DNA from: Candidatus Latescibacterota bacterium
GTDB lineage: Bacteria; Latescibacterota; UBA2968; UBA8231
Length of the DNA stretch: 64,000 bases
Assembly (NCBI GenBank): GCA_965223905.1
Contig: CBDCXV010000002.1
Coordinates: 96,001-160,000, forward strand
Reading direction: 5' to 3'
Shown: one piece after another, positions 48,375 through 58,735 of the stretch
Position numbering within the stretch: position 1 is the first letter of the stretch
Layout of the letters: the number at the start of each line of letters is the position of its first letter
Notes under the pieces: model-generated
The model's database searches: none
What the model saw: only the letters and a program-made list of their open reading frames with translations
Told to the model about the DNA's origin: nothing
Made by a program: the position numbers and the translations under genes

Positions 48375-49280
48375 ATGACCCGGACTACGGATTTTCCCGT
48401 TGAAGAGATCCTGCAGTTGACTCCGGACGCCGGCGCCTGGCTGAGGGGGGAGGCGGAATCGCGCGGGCAGTCCATCGCTGAGATTCTCTGCAGCATGGTC
48501 GAGGAGGGCGCGGTCCCTGCTGCCACGCCACCCCTTTCCCCGGACCAGCTGGCGCGGTACCGCCGCGATGGCTACCTGCTGGTTTCCGGGCTGATTCCCG
48601 ACGACATGGCGGCGCGCGCCGAGCAGGCGATGTGGCGCTGCATCGGCTGCGATCCGGAGAGTCCGCCCCCCTCCTGGGAGGACGTTCCCGGAGACCTGCG
48701 GCTCTACAACGACTCCGACCTCAAGAACTGCTTCACCCCGGACGTCCTCGCCGCCGCGGCGCAGATCACCGGGGACGACCTGTCGACTTTCGGCAAGTCG
48801 GACACCCACCCCAAGACCAGTCACTCGGCCACCTACCTCGAAGCGGAAGCCGCGGGGGAGGACCTGAGCCGCTTCTATCGCTGGGACTGCGCCTACACGA
48901 TCAACATCATGCCGGGGAAGGGCGACAGGGGCGAACACCCGCATATCGATCACTCGATGGGCGACCACCACCACCGCACCTTCCCGCCGGTGTTCCGGGT
49001 AGGAGCCCTGATATTCCTGAACGACATCGGCCCGAACGGCGGCGGCACCCGGGTGTGGCCGGGATCCCACCGCGTTTTCGAGGAGCTCGCGCGCCGTTCG
49101 CCGCAGCGCTACGAGTGGAGGTCGGCCTTCATGGAGGAGATGGCCGAGCTGAACCCGGGAGTGCCCCTGAGCCTGACGATCTCGCGGGGAGACGTCCTCT
49201 TCCTGCATCACCTTCTCGCCCACGCCGGCAGCTGCAACGCCAGCGATCGCCCGCGCTTCGCGCTCAACATGAAATGGTAG
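48375..49280 (+). CDS. PhyH family dioxygenase with an N-terminal RHH-like extension
   Basis: YRRDGYLLVSG, PHID, VWPGSH and GDVLFLHHLLAHAGSCN...R. The first about 45 aa are CopG-like. Confidence 0.8.
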   Translation: MTRTTDFPVEEILQLTPDAGAWLRGEAESRGQSIAEILCSMVEEGAVPAATPPLSPDQLARYRRDGYLLVSGLIPDDMAARAEQAMWRCIGCDPESPPPSWEDVPGDLRLYNDSDLKNCFTPDVLAAAAQITGDDLSTFGKSDTHPKTSHSATYLEAEAAGEDLSRFYRWDCAYTINIMPGKGDRGEHPHIDHSMGDHHHRTFPPVFRVGALIFLNDIGPNGGGTRVWPGSHRVFEELARRSPQRYEWRSAFMEEMAELNPGVPLSLTISRGDVLFLHHLLAHAGSCNASDRPRFALNMKW

Positions 49281-49284
49281 ACCC

Positions 49285-50331
49285 ATGCCCGTAATCCAGC
49301 ACCAGCCCCTCCGCAAGCTCGCCTTCGAGATCTTCCGCGCCGCCGGACTCCCCGAGGAGGACGCCGGCATGGTCAGCGAGCACCTCGTCGACAGCAACCT
49401 CGCCGGCCACGACTCGCACGGGGTCTGGTGCCTGCCGCGCTATGTCCCCGCCATGCGCGAGAAGTACGTGACCTGGGAGGAGCGCGAGGTCCTGCGCGAG
49501 ACCCCCTGCCTGACGGTCATCGACTGCAAGGGGGGAAACGGCATCGTGGCGACGACGCGGGCCCTCGACATCGCCGTGGAAAAGGCGCGGCGGACCACCT
49601 TCGGCTTCACCGGCCTGCGCAACACCACGCACATCTGCCGCCTCGGCGACTACACGCCGCGGATTGCCGAACAGGGCATGATCGGGCTCGTCTGGCTCAA
49701 CGGCGGCGGCCTTTTCATGACCCCCAACGGCAGCTCCGACCGGCGCCTCTGCCCGGAGCCGATCTCCTTCGGCGCCCCGCGCCGGAACGGGCCCCCGTTC
49801 ATGCTCGACATGACGGTGACGACGGTGGCCGGCGGCAAGATCGAGCAGAAGATCGTGCGCGGAGACCCGATGCCCGACAACTGGGTGATCGACCGGACCG
49901 GCAGCTCCGTCAGCGACCCCCGGAAATACCACGACCACCCCGAGGAGACCGGGGTGCCTCCCCTGGGGTGGCCGCAGTTCGGCCACAAGGGAGCCGGCCT
50001 GGCGATGATGGTCGAGATGCTGGTCGGCCCGCTCTCCCATGCAGGCTGCACCAAGGGGCCGGGAAAGGGGGGCCAGGGGGTGATGGTGATGGCGATCGAC
50101 ATCGAGGCCTTCACCGACCTCGACACCTACAAGGACGAGGTGGAAGGGCTGCGGGACTGGGTCTGCTCGGCGCGGCCCCTGCCCGGCATCGAGCGGGTCT
50201 ACGCCCCCGGAGAGATCGAGGAGGAGTGCAGGCAGAAGCGCCTGCGCGACGGCATCGAGGTCCCGAAGCCGACCTGGGAGCAGATTGTCGCCACCGCGGC
50301 CGAGCTCGGCGTCGAGGTGCCGGCGGTTTGA
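49285..50331 (+). CDS. Ldh_2 (malate/L-lactate dehydrogenase-like) oxidoreductase
   Basis: GHDSHG, HICRLG, GHKGAGL and YAPGEIE. Confidence 0.88.
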   Translation: MPVIQHQPLRKLAFEIFRAAGLPEEDAGMVSEHLVDSNLAGHDSHGVWCLPRYVPAMREKYVTWEEREVLRETPCLTVIDCKGGNGIVATTRALDIAVEKARRTTFGFTGLRNTTHICRLGDYTPRIAEQGMIGLVWLNGGGLFMTPNGSSDRRLCPEPISFGAPRRNGPPFMLDMTVTTVAGGKIEQKIVRGDPMPDNWVIDRTGSSVSDPRKYHDHPEETGVPPLGWPQFGHKGAGLAMMVEMLVGPLSHAGCTKGPGKGGQGVMVMAIDIEAFTDLDTYKDEVEGLRDWVCSARPLPGIERVYAPGEIEEECRQKRLRDGIEVPKPTWEQIVATAAELGVEVPAV

Positions 50332-50359
50332 ACGGGAATCCTGTCCCTGTCCCGGTTTC

Positions 50360-51223
50360 TCATTCCCGGTTCTGAAACATCGGCGGCCGCTCCCTCAGGG
50401 CCGGATCCGCGAGCGCCTCGGCCAGCTCGTGAACTTTGCCGCGGTCCGCCCCCCGCCAGCGCAAATCGTCGAGACTCTCCGACAGCGGCACGTCGATGCT
50501 CTTGATCGATCGATCGCGGTAGTCCAGGGCCTCGGCGCGCCTCGCGGCAAACGTCTCTGCCAGCTTCTGCCTGCCGCGCACCTCCAGGCTCTCCCACTCC
50601 GCCGGGTCCTCCGGGAAATCCTCCAGGCGTCCGAACCGGCTGATGGCGGCAGCGGCTGACTTCCGGCCGAACCCCGCAATCCCGGGTATCCCGTCGGACG
50701 GGTCGCCCACCAGGCCCAGGTATTCCGGGATGAACCCGGGACCGACCCCGAATCTGGCTTTCACGCCCGTCTCGTCGGTCCGTTCCCGTTTGATCCGGTT
50801 CAGCAGGACCACCCTTTCACCGCGAACGCACTGCGCGAAATCGTTGTCGGAGGAGCAGATCACGATCTCATCGAGAACGGGATCGGAACGGAACCGATAA
50901 GCAGCCGTCGCAATGGCGTCATCCGCCTGGTACTCCGACATCTGCCAGAGCGTAACCCCCAGGGCACGCGCCGTTTCGAGCGCCGCGTCGTACTGGCTGT
51001 GGATGAGAACCGTGTCGCTCTCTTCGCGCGCCTCCAGCAACTGGACATCATCGAAGGCAATCGCCGCGTGCGTCAGCTCCGGCTCCCGCAGCAGTGCGGC
51101 CAGGGTGCGAAAGAGCGCCCGTACGGCAGCGACCTCCGCGCCGGAGTCGAGTTGTGCCTTCGGGGCGCCGTAATAGCAGCGGAACAACTCGAAGCTTCCG
51201 TCGATCAGATACAGAGCGGCCAT
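50360..51223 (-). CDS. 5'-3' exonuclease / flap endonuclease
   Basis: YLIDGS, QADDAIAT, SDNDF and LVGDPSDGIPGIAGFGRKSA (H3TH). Confidence 0.9.
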   Translation of the reverse strand: MAALYLIDGSFELFRCYYGAPKAQLDSGAEVAAVRALFRTLAALLREPELTHAAIAFDDVQLLEAREESDTVLIHSQYDAALETARALGVTLWQMSEYQADDAIATAAYRFRSDPVLDEIVICSSDNDFAQCVRGERVVLLNRIKRERTDETGVKARFGVGPGFIPEYLGLVGDPSDGIPGIAGFGRKSAAAAISRFGRLEDFPEDPAEWESLEVRGRQKLAETFAARRAEALDYRDRSIKSIDVPLSESLDDLRWRGADRGKVHELAEALADPALRERPPMFQNRE

Positions 51224-51275
51224 GTATCGCGAGTGGGGTTCACCCCCCGTGTGTCATGGGATTCGCACCCGGGTC

Positions 51276-51884
51276 TCACTGGCGGCGTTCCCGGAGATTC
51301 CGGTACTCCTCGGGTGTATCGATGTCTGCCAGAATCCCGGAGGCGGAGACCGGCACTGCCACCACGCATTCGGGGTGTCTCTCGACTACGCTGCGAGCGC
51401 CCCGGTCACCCGATATCGCCAGCAGCTCCTGTCTGTAGCCGCTGGCGAAGATCACCGGGTGGCCCCTGCGCCCCTCGTGCACGGGAAGCACGATGGCCGA
51501 CCTTCCGGCCTCGTCGAATCTCCGGCACAGCAGATCGACGAGGCCGGTGCTGATTCCGGGCATGTCCCCCAGGGCGACGAGATACCCCCTCGCCATGGCG
51601 TCCGCTGCCTCGATCCCGGTGCGCAGCGAAGCGGACATGCCGGCGGCGAAGTCGTTGTTCGTCACGACGCGAACGGGGTACGGCTCCAGCACGGCGGCGA
51701 CGGTTTCCGCCTCGTGACCGACCACGACGACGACTTCATGCAGCGCGGCGCCGACCAGGGCTTTCACCACGACTTCGAGAACCGGTCTGTCGCCCCACGG
51801 CAGCAGCAGCTTGTTCTCCGCTCCCATGCGGCTCGAGGTGCCGGCCGCCAGGACGACGGCTGAAATAGGGTATCTGTTGTGCAA
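51276..51884 (-). CDS. mocA: Molybdenum cofactor cytidylyltransferase-like nucleotidyltransferase
   Basis: LAAGTSSRMG.NKLL, GMSASL, LGDMP, GDRGAR and DIDTPEEY. Adjacent to xdhC. Confidence 0.8.
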   Translation of the reverse strand: MHNRYPISAVVLAAGTSSRMGAENKLLLPWGDRPVLEVVVKALVGAALHEVVVVVGHEAETVAAVLEPYPVRVVTNNDFAAGMSASLRTGIEAADAMARGYLVALGDMPGISTGLVDLLCRRFDEAGRSAIVLPVHEGRRGHPVIFASGYRQELLAISGDRGARSVVERHPECVVAVPVSASGILADIDTPEEYRNLRERRQ

Positions 51885-51918
51885 GAGAAGTGGGTGTTTC
51901 AGCGACGGGCACCCGCCC

Positions 51919-52971
51919 CTATTTGCGCGCCGTCCGCGACCGCTTCACCGCCACGACCTCGGCGAGGATGCTGAGGGCGATTTCCGCCGGGGTCTTGGCG
52001 CCGATGTCGAGCCCTATGGGCCCCTTGATGCGGTCGATCTCCGCCTCGGCGAACCCCGCCTCCTGCAATCGCGCCTTGCGTCTGGCGTGGGACTTGCGCC
52101 CCCCCAGCGCACCGATGTAGGCGACCGGCGCCTTGAGGAAACGGTGCAGGGCCTCGTCGTCGATCTTGGGATCGTGCGTCAGAACCGCGCAGTAGCAGTC
52201 CTCGTTGAGATCCCAGCCGTCCAGCAGATCGCCGGGCCATTTCGCCAACAGCTGAGACGGCTGCACGGGAAACCGCTCCGGCGTCGCGAACACCTCGCGC
52301 GGGTCGATGACCACGGTTTCGAAATCGATCAGCGCCGCGTACTGAACCAGGGGGAGGGTGATATGTCCGGCGCCGATCAGGAGCAGCTGGTCGCGCCGCG
52401 GGAACACCTGGGCGAAGACCGCCTCTCCAGCGACCTCGACGACGCGGCTCTCGCGGGTGGCGTACGCCTCGAGCCCGGAGGCCACTCCGGTTTCGGTCGC
52501 CGCGCCCCATGACCCGGTCACCTCTCCTTCCGGGGTGACCAGCAGGTGCGGGGGAGCCTCCCCCGGCCCCAGGCGGGTCAGCAGGACCGCCGGCCGGTTC
52601 CCCTCCACCCGTTCCCGGAGCTTTCTCCAGACCGCGGCGCTGCCCTCACCATCTGCCTGCGGCAGGTGCCGTTCGACCAGCACCGACACCTCGCCCCCGC
52701 AGGACAGCCCGACCGACCAGGCGGTCTCGTCGTCGACGCCGTAGGTCAGCTTTTTCGGGGCTCCCGTGGCCAGGACCTGTCCCGCCTCTTCGATGACGGA
52801 CCCCTCGATGCACCCCCCGCTGACCGAGCCGGCCACTTTCATCGCCGCGTCGACGATCATCGCCGACCCCACGCCGCGGGGAGAGGATCCCCAGGTCTCC
52901 ACCACGCGCGCCAGGGCGAACGGTCTCGCGCTCGCGTCCCACTCGACCAGATCGTTCCAGATATCCCGCAT
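51919..52971 (-). CDS. xdhC: XdhC/CoxI family Moco-insertion chaperone
   Basis: GSVSGGCIE, GLSCGG, LTHDPKID, YIGALG and PIGLDIGAKTPAEIALSI. Confidence 0.9.
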   Translation of the reverse strand: MRDIWNDLVEWDASARPFALARVVETWGSSPRGVGSAMIVDAAMKVAGSVSGGCIEGSVIEEAGQVLATGAPKKLTYGVDDETAWSVGLSCGGEVSVLVERHLPQADGEGSAAVWRKLRERVEGNRPAVLLTRLGPGEAPPHLLVTPEGEVTGSWGAATETGVASGLEAYATRESRVVEVAGEAVFAQVFPRRDQLLLIGAGHITLPLVQYAALIDFETVVIDPREVFATPERFPVQPSQLLAKWPGDLLDGWDLNEDCYCAVLTHDPKIDDEALHRFLKAPVAYIGALGGRKSHARRKARLQEAGFAEAEIDRIKGPIGLDIGAKTPAEIALSILAEVVAVKRSRTARK

Positions 52972-53037
52972 CCTATGCTCCCACCTTGATTTATGCCATG
53001 TCCGGAAGGCCTGGGAATATACGCCCCGCAGCACCGA

Positions 53038-53069
53038 TTGACAGCCCCGGACAACCTTATATATATAGT
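53038..53069 (+). promoter_or_regulatory. Candidate sigma70 promoter for the coxG-S-L-M genes
   Basis: TTGACA at 53038-43 followed 16-18 nt later by a TATATA tract, in the divergent xdhC/coxG gap. Confidence 0.5.
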
Positions 53070-53126
53070 AGCCCCCCTCGCCGCCGCGGACCGGTCCCGG
53101 CGGCACTTCTCAAGCGAGAAAACGGA

Positions 53127-53561
53127 TTGAATTTCGAAGGCACCCACAAGCTCCAGACCGACGCGGAATCGGCCTGGAACCTGCTCAACGATCCCGAAGT
53201 GCTGAGCCGCTGCACTCCCGGGGTGGTGAAGCTGATTTCGATAGAAGGCGAAAAATACGAGGCCGTCTTCGACATCAAGCTCGGCCCGATAAACAGCGGC
53301 TTCGAAGGCACCATCGAGGTCACCGACAAGGTGGCCCCGCAGAGCTATCGCCTGGTCGTCGAGGTCGACGGCAGGATCGGCACCGTAACTGCCGAGGGCT
53401 CCTTCGACATCAAGCCGGACGGCGACGCCTCGGTCGTATCGTTCGTCGGAAAGGGCCGCATGACCGGCGTGCTCGCACGCCTGGGACAGCGCGTCATGTC
53501 CGGTGTCGCGAGGTTGTTCACGGCGCAGTTCTTCCAGGCTCTCGAAAAGGAAATTGCCTGA
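53127..53561 (+). CDS. coxG: CoxG/SRPBCC family protein
   Basis: [16 protein letters not shown]...[15 protein letters not shown]...FF. The TTG start is inferred. Confidence 0.85.
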   Translation: MNFEGTHKLQTDAESAWNLLNDPEVLSRCTPGVVKLISIEGEKYEAVFDIKLGPINSGFEGTIEVTDKVAPQSYRLVVEVDGRIGTVTAEGSFDIKPDGDASVVSFVGKGRMTGVLARLGQRVMSGVARLFTAQFFQALEKEIA

Positions 53562-53610
53562 TACTCACACCGCTCCGGTTGGCTCCGGGGCGCCGACAGG
53601 AGGTTCACCT

Positions 53611-54072
53611 ATGGCGGTACCGATCGAGGTAACCGTAAACGGGCAGACTCACCAGCACGAGGTCGAGCCGCGCACCCTGCTCGTCAGCTACCTGCGCGAG
53701 ACCCTCGCGCTCACCGGGACCCACGTCGGCTGCGACACGAGCAGCTGCGGGGCCTGCACCATCGTCGTCGACGGCCAGGCCGTGAAGTCCTGCACCATGC
53801 TCGCCGCCCAGGCCGACGGCAGAGAGATCACGACGATCGAAGGGCTCGCCACGAATGGCGAGCTGCACCCGATACAGCAGGGGTTCCACGAGGAGCACGG
53901 CCTGCAGTGCGGCTTCTGCACCCCCGGCATGATCATGACGGCCTGGCAGATTCTCGAGGACAACCCGAGCCCCTCCGACGAGGAGATCCGGCACGGCCTC
54001 GAGGGCAACTTCTGCCGCTGCACGGGGTACGACAACATCGTCCGCGCGGTGCAGCACGCCGCCGCGAGCTAG
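53611..54072 (+). CDS. coxS: Molybdoenzyme 2Fe-2S small subunit
   Basis: [18 protein letters not shown] and CRCTGY, with RBS ggagg. Confidence 0.93.
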   Translation: MAVPIEVTVNGQTHQHEVEPRTLLVSYLRETLALTGTHVGCDTSSCGACTIVVDGQAVKSCTMLAAQADGREITTIEGLATNGELHPIQQGFHEEHGLQCGFCTPGMIMTAWQILEDNPSPSDEEIRHGLEGNFCRCTGYDNIVRAVQHAAAS

Positions 54073-54091
54073 ACCCGGATCGACACTTTTC

Positions 54092-55246
54092 ATGGCCACG
54101 TACCTTCTCACGTGGAATCCGAAGCGAACCTCATGGGACGACCCAGAGGACGGCCTCGAAGCACTCGTTGAGGATTTCCATTACGGCGAGCGCCCCATCA
54201 CCGACTGGAGTTGTGGGAACACCAAACGCATTGAGGAAGGGGGTCGCGTATGGCACCTACGGCAAGGAGAAGACCCGGGCGGGCTATTCGCCTGGGGAAC
54301 TGTCGTCACTCCGACTTGGGAAGAACAGCACTGGGAAGATCCAACCAAGACCTCTCAATATATAGAATACCAAATGGACTGGATCGTGGATCCGGACACC
54401 GATCCCGATCAGATCATACCGCGTGCACGGCTGGATGATCCGCCGTTTAATTCCGTGCACTGGGACACACAACGCTCTGGAATCCACATTCCCGATGATG
54501 TTGCGAGCGCACTCCAGCAGGAATTGCCACGATGGTCAAGGCTGGTCCAGCTTGACCTCGCAACACCGGACGGCGACGTGGCCGGCAGTTACACAATTTC
54601 TGTCCCCGCCGCCGAGGAAGAGCGCCTCCGCGCAGAACTAGACACCCACCCGGAAGCGGAATACGGGGTACTCGACGGCTACGCCGACCACCTCGGCTTC
54701 GATCTCGATACGGAAGACTGGGACGGCTGGACGTGGCGGCCGCGGCAGATGACCGAAAACCTGGAAGCCAACGGCCAGGAGGGAAATGAACTGCAGGAGT
54801 CAGGGCAGGCGCAGAAAAGCCAAACAATCGAAGTGGGTAAGGAAGGTTCCACTCAGTTCAAAGAAAACCAAGAGACTTGCTTCGAGAATGCACCACAGAC
54901 TGTTGTTAAACCGCTACCTGTTCCCAAGGCACCCCGTACCAAAATAGCACCCAAGCAACAACTACCAGAGCCCACAGGGCAGGGTCTGAAAGCTCTACAC
55001 ATAGCTGGCAAGGCTACATGGTGGATGATCACCGCTACAGTCTACACGCTCAAAGCACTGCTTCAGGCTACATGGTGGATGATCCGAATGATGTGGAGGG
55101 TGTTGTGTAAAATAGCGTGGTGGACGTTTTCGGTGACTTGTTGGGCGATTGGTATCGCCTCCGTGTTGTTCTTTTTCGTAATGTGGGTTGCCAGTAAACT
55201 CTTCGATAAAGTCATTGAGGTGGGAACGCCAAAGAAGATGGAGTGA
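54092..55246 (+). CDS. Hypothetical protein: N-terminal EVE/PUA-like domain plus C-terminal Trp-rich transmembrane region
   Basis: TYLLTWNPKR...WSCGNTKRI...QRSGIHIP at the N-terminus, an AT-richer 3' half and a hydrophobic C-terminus. Confidence 0.65.
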   Translation: MATYLLTWNPKRTSWDDPEDGLEALVEDFHYGERPITDWSCGNTKRIEEGGRVWHLRQGEDPGGLFAWGTVVTPTWEEQHWEDPTKTSQYIEYQMDWIVDPDTDPDQIIPRARLDDPPFNSVHWDTQRSGIHIPDDVASALQQELPRWSRLVQLDLATPDGDVAGSYTISVPAAEEERLRAELDTHPEAEYGVLDGYADHLGFDLDTEDWDGWTWRPRQMTENLEANGQEGNELQESGQAQKSQTIEVGKEGSTQFKENQETCFENAPQTVVKPLPVPKAPRTKIAPKQQLPEPTGQGLKALHIAGKATWWMITATVYTLKALLQATWWMIRMMWRVLCKIAWWTFSVTCWAIGIASVLFFFVMWVASKLFDKVIEVGTPKKME

Positions 55247-55323
55247 CCGAAGCAGGCGCTACGGGGGACAGCCTCGGGCCAACAGAGAGAACGAACGATG
55301 AAAGAGGGAAAGGAGATATAGCC

Positions 55324-57690
55324 ATGAGCGTACTCGGACAATCCGTAAAGCGCGTGGAAGACTACAAGTTCCTCACCGGGAAGGGGCGCTACACCGACGA
55401 CATCGTCCTTCCGCGCATGACCTTCGCCTCGGTGGTGCGGTCTCCGCACGCGCACGCGAACATCAGGGGGATCGACTCCTCGGAAGCGGCCAAAGCTGAC
55501 GGCGTCGTCGCCGTCCTCAACGGCGAGGAGATGGCCGCGGACGGCATCGGCGGGCTGCCCGCCGGCTGGCAGGTCGACTTCAAGAACGGCGACACCATGA
55601 AGGAGCCGCCGCATCCGCCGCTGGCGGTCGGCAAGGTGCGCCACGTCGGAGACTCGGTCGCCGTCGTCGTCGCCGAAACCCGCGAGCAGGCCAGGGACGC
55701 CGCCGAGCTGGTCAAGGTCGACTACGAGGTCCTCGACGCCGTCGTCGACGTCGTCGCAGCCCAGGAAGAGGGGGCTCCCCAGCTGCACGAGGACGTCCCC
55801 AACAACGTCCCCTTCGACTGGGAGCTCGGCGACAAGGAGGCGACCGACGCCGCCATCGCCGGCGCCGCCCACGTCACCACCCTCGAATACGCCAACCAGC
55901 GCCTGATCCCCAACGCCATCGAGCCGCGCTGCGCCATCGGCGACTACGACGGCGCCCGCGACCACTACACCCTCTACACCTCCTCCCAGAACCCGCACGT
56001 CATACGGCTGCTGATGTCGGCCTTCGTGATGGGCCTCCCGGAGCACAAGGTGCGGGTGGTCTCCCCCGACGTCGGCGGCGGATTCGGCAGCAAGATCTTT
56101 CACTACGCCGAAGAGGTGATCGCCATGTGGACCTCGAAGCGCCTCGGGCGGCCGGTGAAATGGACCGCGGAGCGCAGCGAGAGCTTCCTGACCGACGCCC
56201 ACGGCCGCGACCACGCCACCAAGGCGGAGATGGGTTTCGACGGCGACGGCAACATCCTCGGCCTGCGGGTCAAGACCCACGCCAACATGGGGGCCTACTT
56301 CTCGACCTTCGGCCCCTGCATCCCGACCTACCTCTACGGCACCCTGCTGCAGGGGCTCTACAGGACGCCGGCGATCCACGTCGACGTCACCGCGGCCTTC
56401 ACCAACACGGTTCCCGTCGACGCCCTGCGCGGCGCCGGCCGGCCCGAGGCGACCTACCTGCTCGAGCGGCTGCTCGACCAGGGGGCGCACGAGACCGGCA
56501 GGGATCCGGCCGAGCTGCGGCGGCAGAACTTCATCCCGCCGTTCGACGGCGTCGAACAGCCCGGGTACGAGACCCAGGTGGCGCTGGTCTACGACAGCGG
56601 CAACTACGAAGCCGTCCTCGACAAGGCGCTCGAGAACGCCGGCTACGCCGCCCTGCGCAAGGAGCAGGAAGATGCCCGCGCCGAAGGGCGCCTGATCGGC
56701 ATCGGGTTCTCGACCTACATCGAGGCCTGCGGCATCGCTCCCTCCGCCGTCGTCGGCGCCCTGGGCGCGCGCGCCGGACTCTACGAAAGCGGCACGGTGC
56801 GGGTGCAGCCCACCGGCAAGGTGTCCGTCTACACCGGCAGCCACTCGCACGGCCAGGGGCACGAAACCACCTTCTCGCAGCTCGTCTCCGACAGCCTCGG
56901 CATCCCGATGGAGGACGTCGAGATCGTCCACGGCGACACCGAGCAGGTGCCTTTCGGCATGGGCACCTACGGGTCCCGGTCCCTGGCGGTGGGCGGCATG
57001 GCCATCACCAGGAGCCTGGAGAAGGTCAAGGAGAAGGGGGCGAAGATCGCCGCCCACCTGCTCGAGGCGTCGGAGGAGGACCTCGAGTACGTCGACGCCT
57101 CCTGGAAGGTGAAGGGGACCGACCAGTCGGTCGGTTTCGGCGACGTCGCCCTGACCGCGTACGTGCCGCACAACTACCCCGAGGGGCTCGAGCCCGGTCT
57201 CGAGTTCACCAGCTTCTACGACCCGGCCAACTTCACCTTCCCGTACGGGGCTCACATCGCCGTCGTCGAGGTCTGCCCCTACACCGGCATGGTGCAGCTG
57301 AGGCGCTACATCGCCGTCGACGACGTCGGCAACGTCGTCAACCCGATGATCGTCGACGGGCAGGTCCACGGCGGCATCACCCACGGCGTCGGACAAGCCC
57401 TGCTCGAAGGCGCGGTGTACGACGACAACGGCCAGCTCACCAACGGCTCCTACATGGACTACGCGATGCCGCGCGCCGACGACGTGCCGAGGTTCGAGAC
57501 CGACCGCACCGTGACCCCGTGCCCCCACAACACCCTCGGCGTCAAGGGAGCGGGAGAGACCGGCACCATCGGTTCGACGCCGGCGGTGGTCAACGCGGTG
57601 GTCGACGCCCTCTGGCATCTCGGCGTCCGCGACCTGCAGATGCCCCTTACCCCGCAGACCGTGTGGAAGGCCATGCAGGACGCGGCCTAG
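55324..57690 (+). CDS. coxL: Xanthine dehydrogenase/CODH-family molybdopterin large subunit (form II CoxL-like)
   Basis: [48 protein letters not shown] and GVKGAGE. Confidence 0.9.
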   Translation: MSVLGQSVKRVEDYKFLTGKGRYTDDIVLPRMTFASVVRSPHAHANIRGIDSSEAAKADGVVAVLNGEEMAADGIGGLPAGWQVDFKNGDTMKEPPHPPLAVGKVRHVGDSVAVVVAETREQARDAAELVKVDYEVLDAVVDVVAAQEEGAPQLHEDVPNNVPFDWELGDKEATDAAIAGAAHVTTLEYANQRLIPNAIEPRCAIGDYDGARDHYTLYTSSQNPHVIRLLMSAFVMGLPEHKVRVVSPDVGGGFGSKIFHYAEEVIAMWTSKRLGRPVKWTAERSESFLTDAHGRDHATKAEMGFDGDGNILGLRVKTHANMGAYFSTFGPCIPTYLYGTLLQGLYRTPAIHVDVTAAFTNTVPVDALRGAGRPEATYLLERLLDQGAHETGRDPAELRRQNFIPPFDGVEQPGYETQVALVYDSGNYEAVLDKALENAGYAALRKEQEDARAEGRLIGIGFSTYIEACGIAPSAVVGALGARAGLYESGTVRVQPTGKVSVYTGSHSHGQGHETTFSQLVSDSLGIPMEDVEIVHGDTEQVPFGMGTYGSRSLAVGGMAITRSLEKVKEKGAKIAAHLLEASEEDLEYVDASWKVKGTDQSVGFGDVALTAYVPHNYPEGLEPGLEFTSFYDPANFTFPYGAHIAVVEVCPYTGMVQLRRYIAVDDVGNVVNPMIVDGQVHGGITHGVGQALLEGAVYDDNGQLTNGSYMDYAMPRADDVPRFETDRTVTPCPHNTLGVKGAGETGTIGSTPAVVNAVVDALWHLGVRDLQMPLTPQTVWKAMQDAA

Positions 57691-57707
57691 CATAGAGGAG
57701 ACAGGAA

Positions 57708-58568
57708 ATGATACCGGAAGCATTCGAATACCATCGTCCCGCCACCGTCGACGAGGCGCTTTCCCTGCTCGACGAGCACGGTGCCGACGCCAGCCTTCTG
57801 GCCGGAGGCCACAGCCTGCTGCCGGCGATGAAGCTGCGCCTTTCGGCGCCGGGCCACCTCATCGACATCGGCCAGATCGACGAGCTGCAGCAGATCTCGA
57901 CCGCCGGCGACGACGTCGTCATCGGCGCCGGGGCCACGCATCACGACATCGAGTCCTCCGACGTCGTCAAGGAGAAAGCCCCGTTGCTCGCCCAGGCAGC
58001 CGGCTCCATCGGCGACGTCCAGGTCCGCAACATGGGCACCATCGGCGGCAGCCTCGCGCACGCCGACCCGGCCGCGGACTATCCGGCCGCGGTGCTGGCC
58101 GCCAATGCGCGGATCCGCGTCAGGGGACCCGGGGGAGAACGCGAAATCGCCGGGTCCTCCTTCTTCGTCGAACTCTACATGACCAACCTCGCTCCCGACG
58201 AGATCATCCTCGACGTGCGGGTCCCGTCGCAGGGGGCCGGCACCGGCTCGTCGTACGCCAAGTTCCCCCACCCGGCATCCCGGTTCGCGGTCTGCGGCTG
58301 CGCCGCCTCGGTAACGAAGAACGGCGGCAGCTGCAGCGACGTCCGCGTCGGTTTCACCGGCATCGCCAACGCCGCTTTCAGGGACTCCGGGGTGGAGAAT
58401 GCGATGAACGGCAGCTCGGGGGATTCCGAGGCGATCTCGGCGGCCGCGGCCAACGCCGCCGCCGGCGTCGACCTGTTGAGCGATTCGTTCGCCGGGGAGG
58501 AGTACCGGCGGCACCTCGCATCGGTGCTCGCGATGAAGGCTCTCGGGGAGGCGGTCCGGGCCGCATAG
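57708..58568 (+). CDS. coxM: Molybdoenzyme FAD medium subunit
   Basis: LAGGHSLLPAMKLR and QVRNMGTIGGSLAHADPAAD. Confidence 0.92.
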   Translation: MIPEAFEYHRPATVDEALSLLDEHGADASLLAGGHSLLPAMKLRLSAPGHLIDIGQIDELQQISTAGDDVVIGAGATHHDIESSDVVKEKAPLLAQAAGSIGDVQVRNMGTIGGSLAHADPAADYPAAVLAANARIRVRGPGGEREIAGSSFFVELYMTNLAPDEIILDVRVPSQGAGTGSSYAKFPHPASRFAVCGCAASVTKNGGSCSDVRVGFTGIANAAFRDSGVENAMNGSSGDSEAISAAAANAAAGVDLLSDSFAGEEYRRHLASVLAMKALGEAVRAA

Positions 58569-58614
58569 GTCTGATTTGGCTGGCGCCCCGCAGTGGACGC
58601 TGGCATGACACAGG

Positions 58615-58650
58615 GGGCAGGCGCCGAGTCGAGCGCCTGCCCTTTTCATT
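58615..58650 (+). terminator. Rho-independent terminator after coxM
   Basis: gggcaggcgc-cgagtcga-gcgcctgccc-ttttcatt. Confidence 0.75.
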
Positions 58651-58735
58651 TCCGGAAGCGGATTCGCGATGCGGTTTGGGCCGGGCGCCTTCCCGGCAGG
58701 ACCGCTTGCAAGACCCGCCTCCGGATGGAGCATAG

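Noticed and set aside
53055-53070. TATATA tract as a ModE box near the molybdoenzyme genes
   Set aside because: It lacks the spaced two-half-site pattern and is better explained as a -10 region.
837-57723. Many long antisense or alternate-frame ORFs (e.g. 1292..3619, 13449..15788, 31277..34225, 38765..41617, 55063..57723)
   Set aside because: They are shadow ORFs of high-GC genes, with no family motifs and each overlapping a well-supported CDS.
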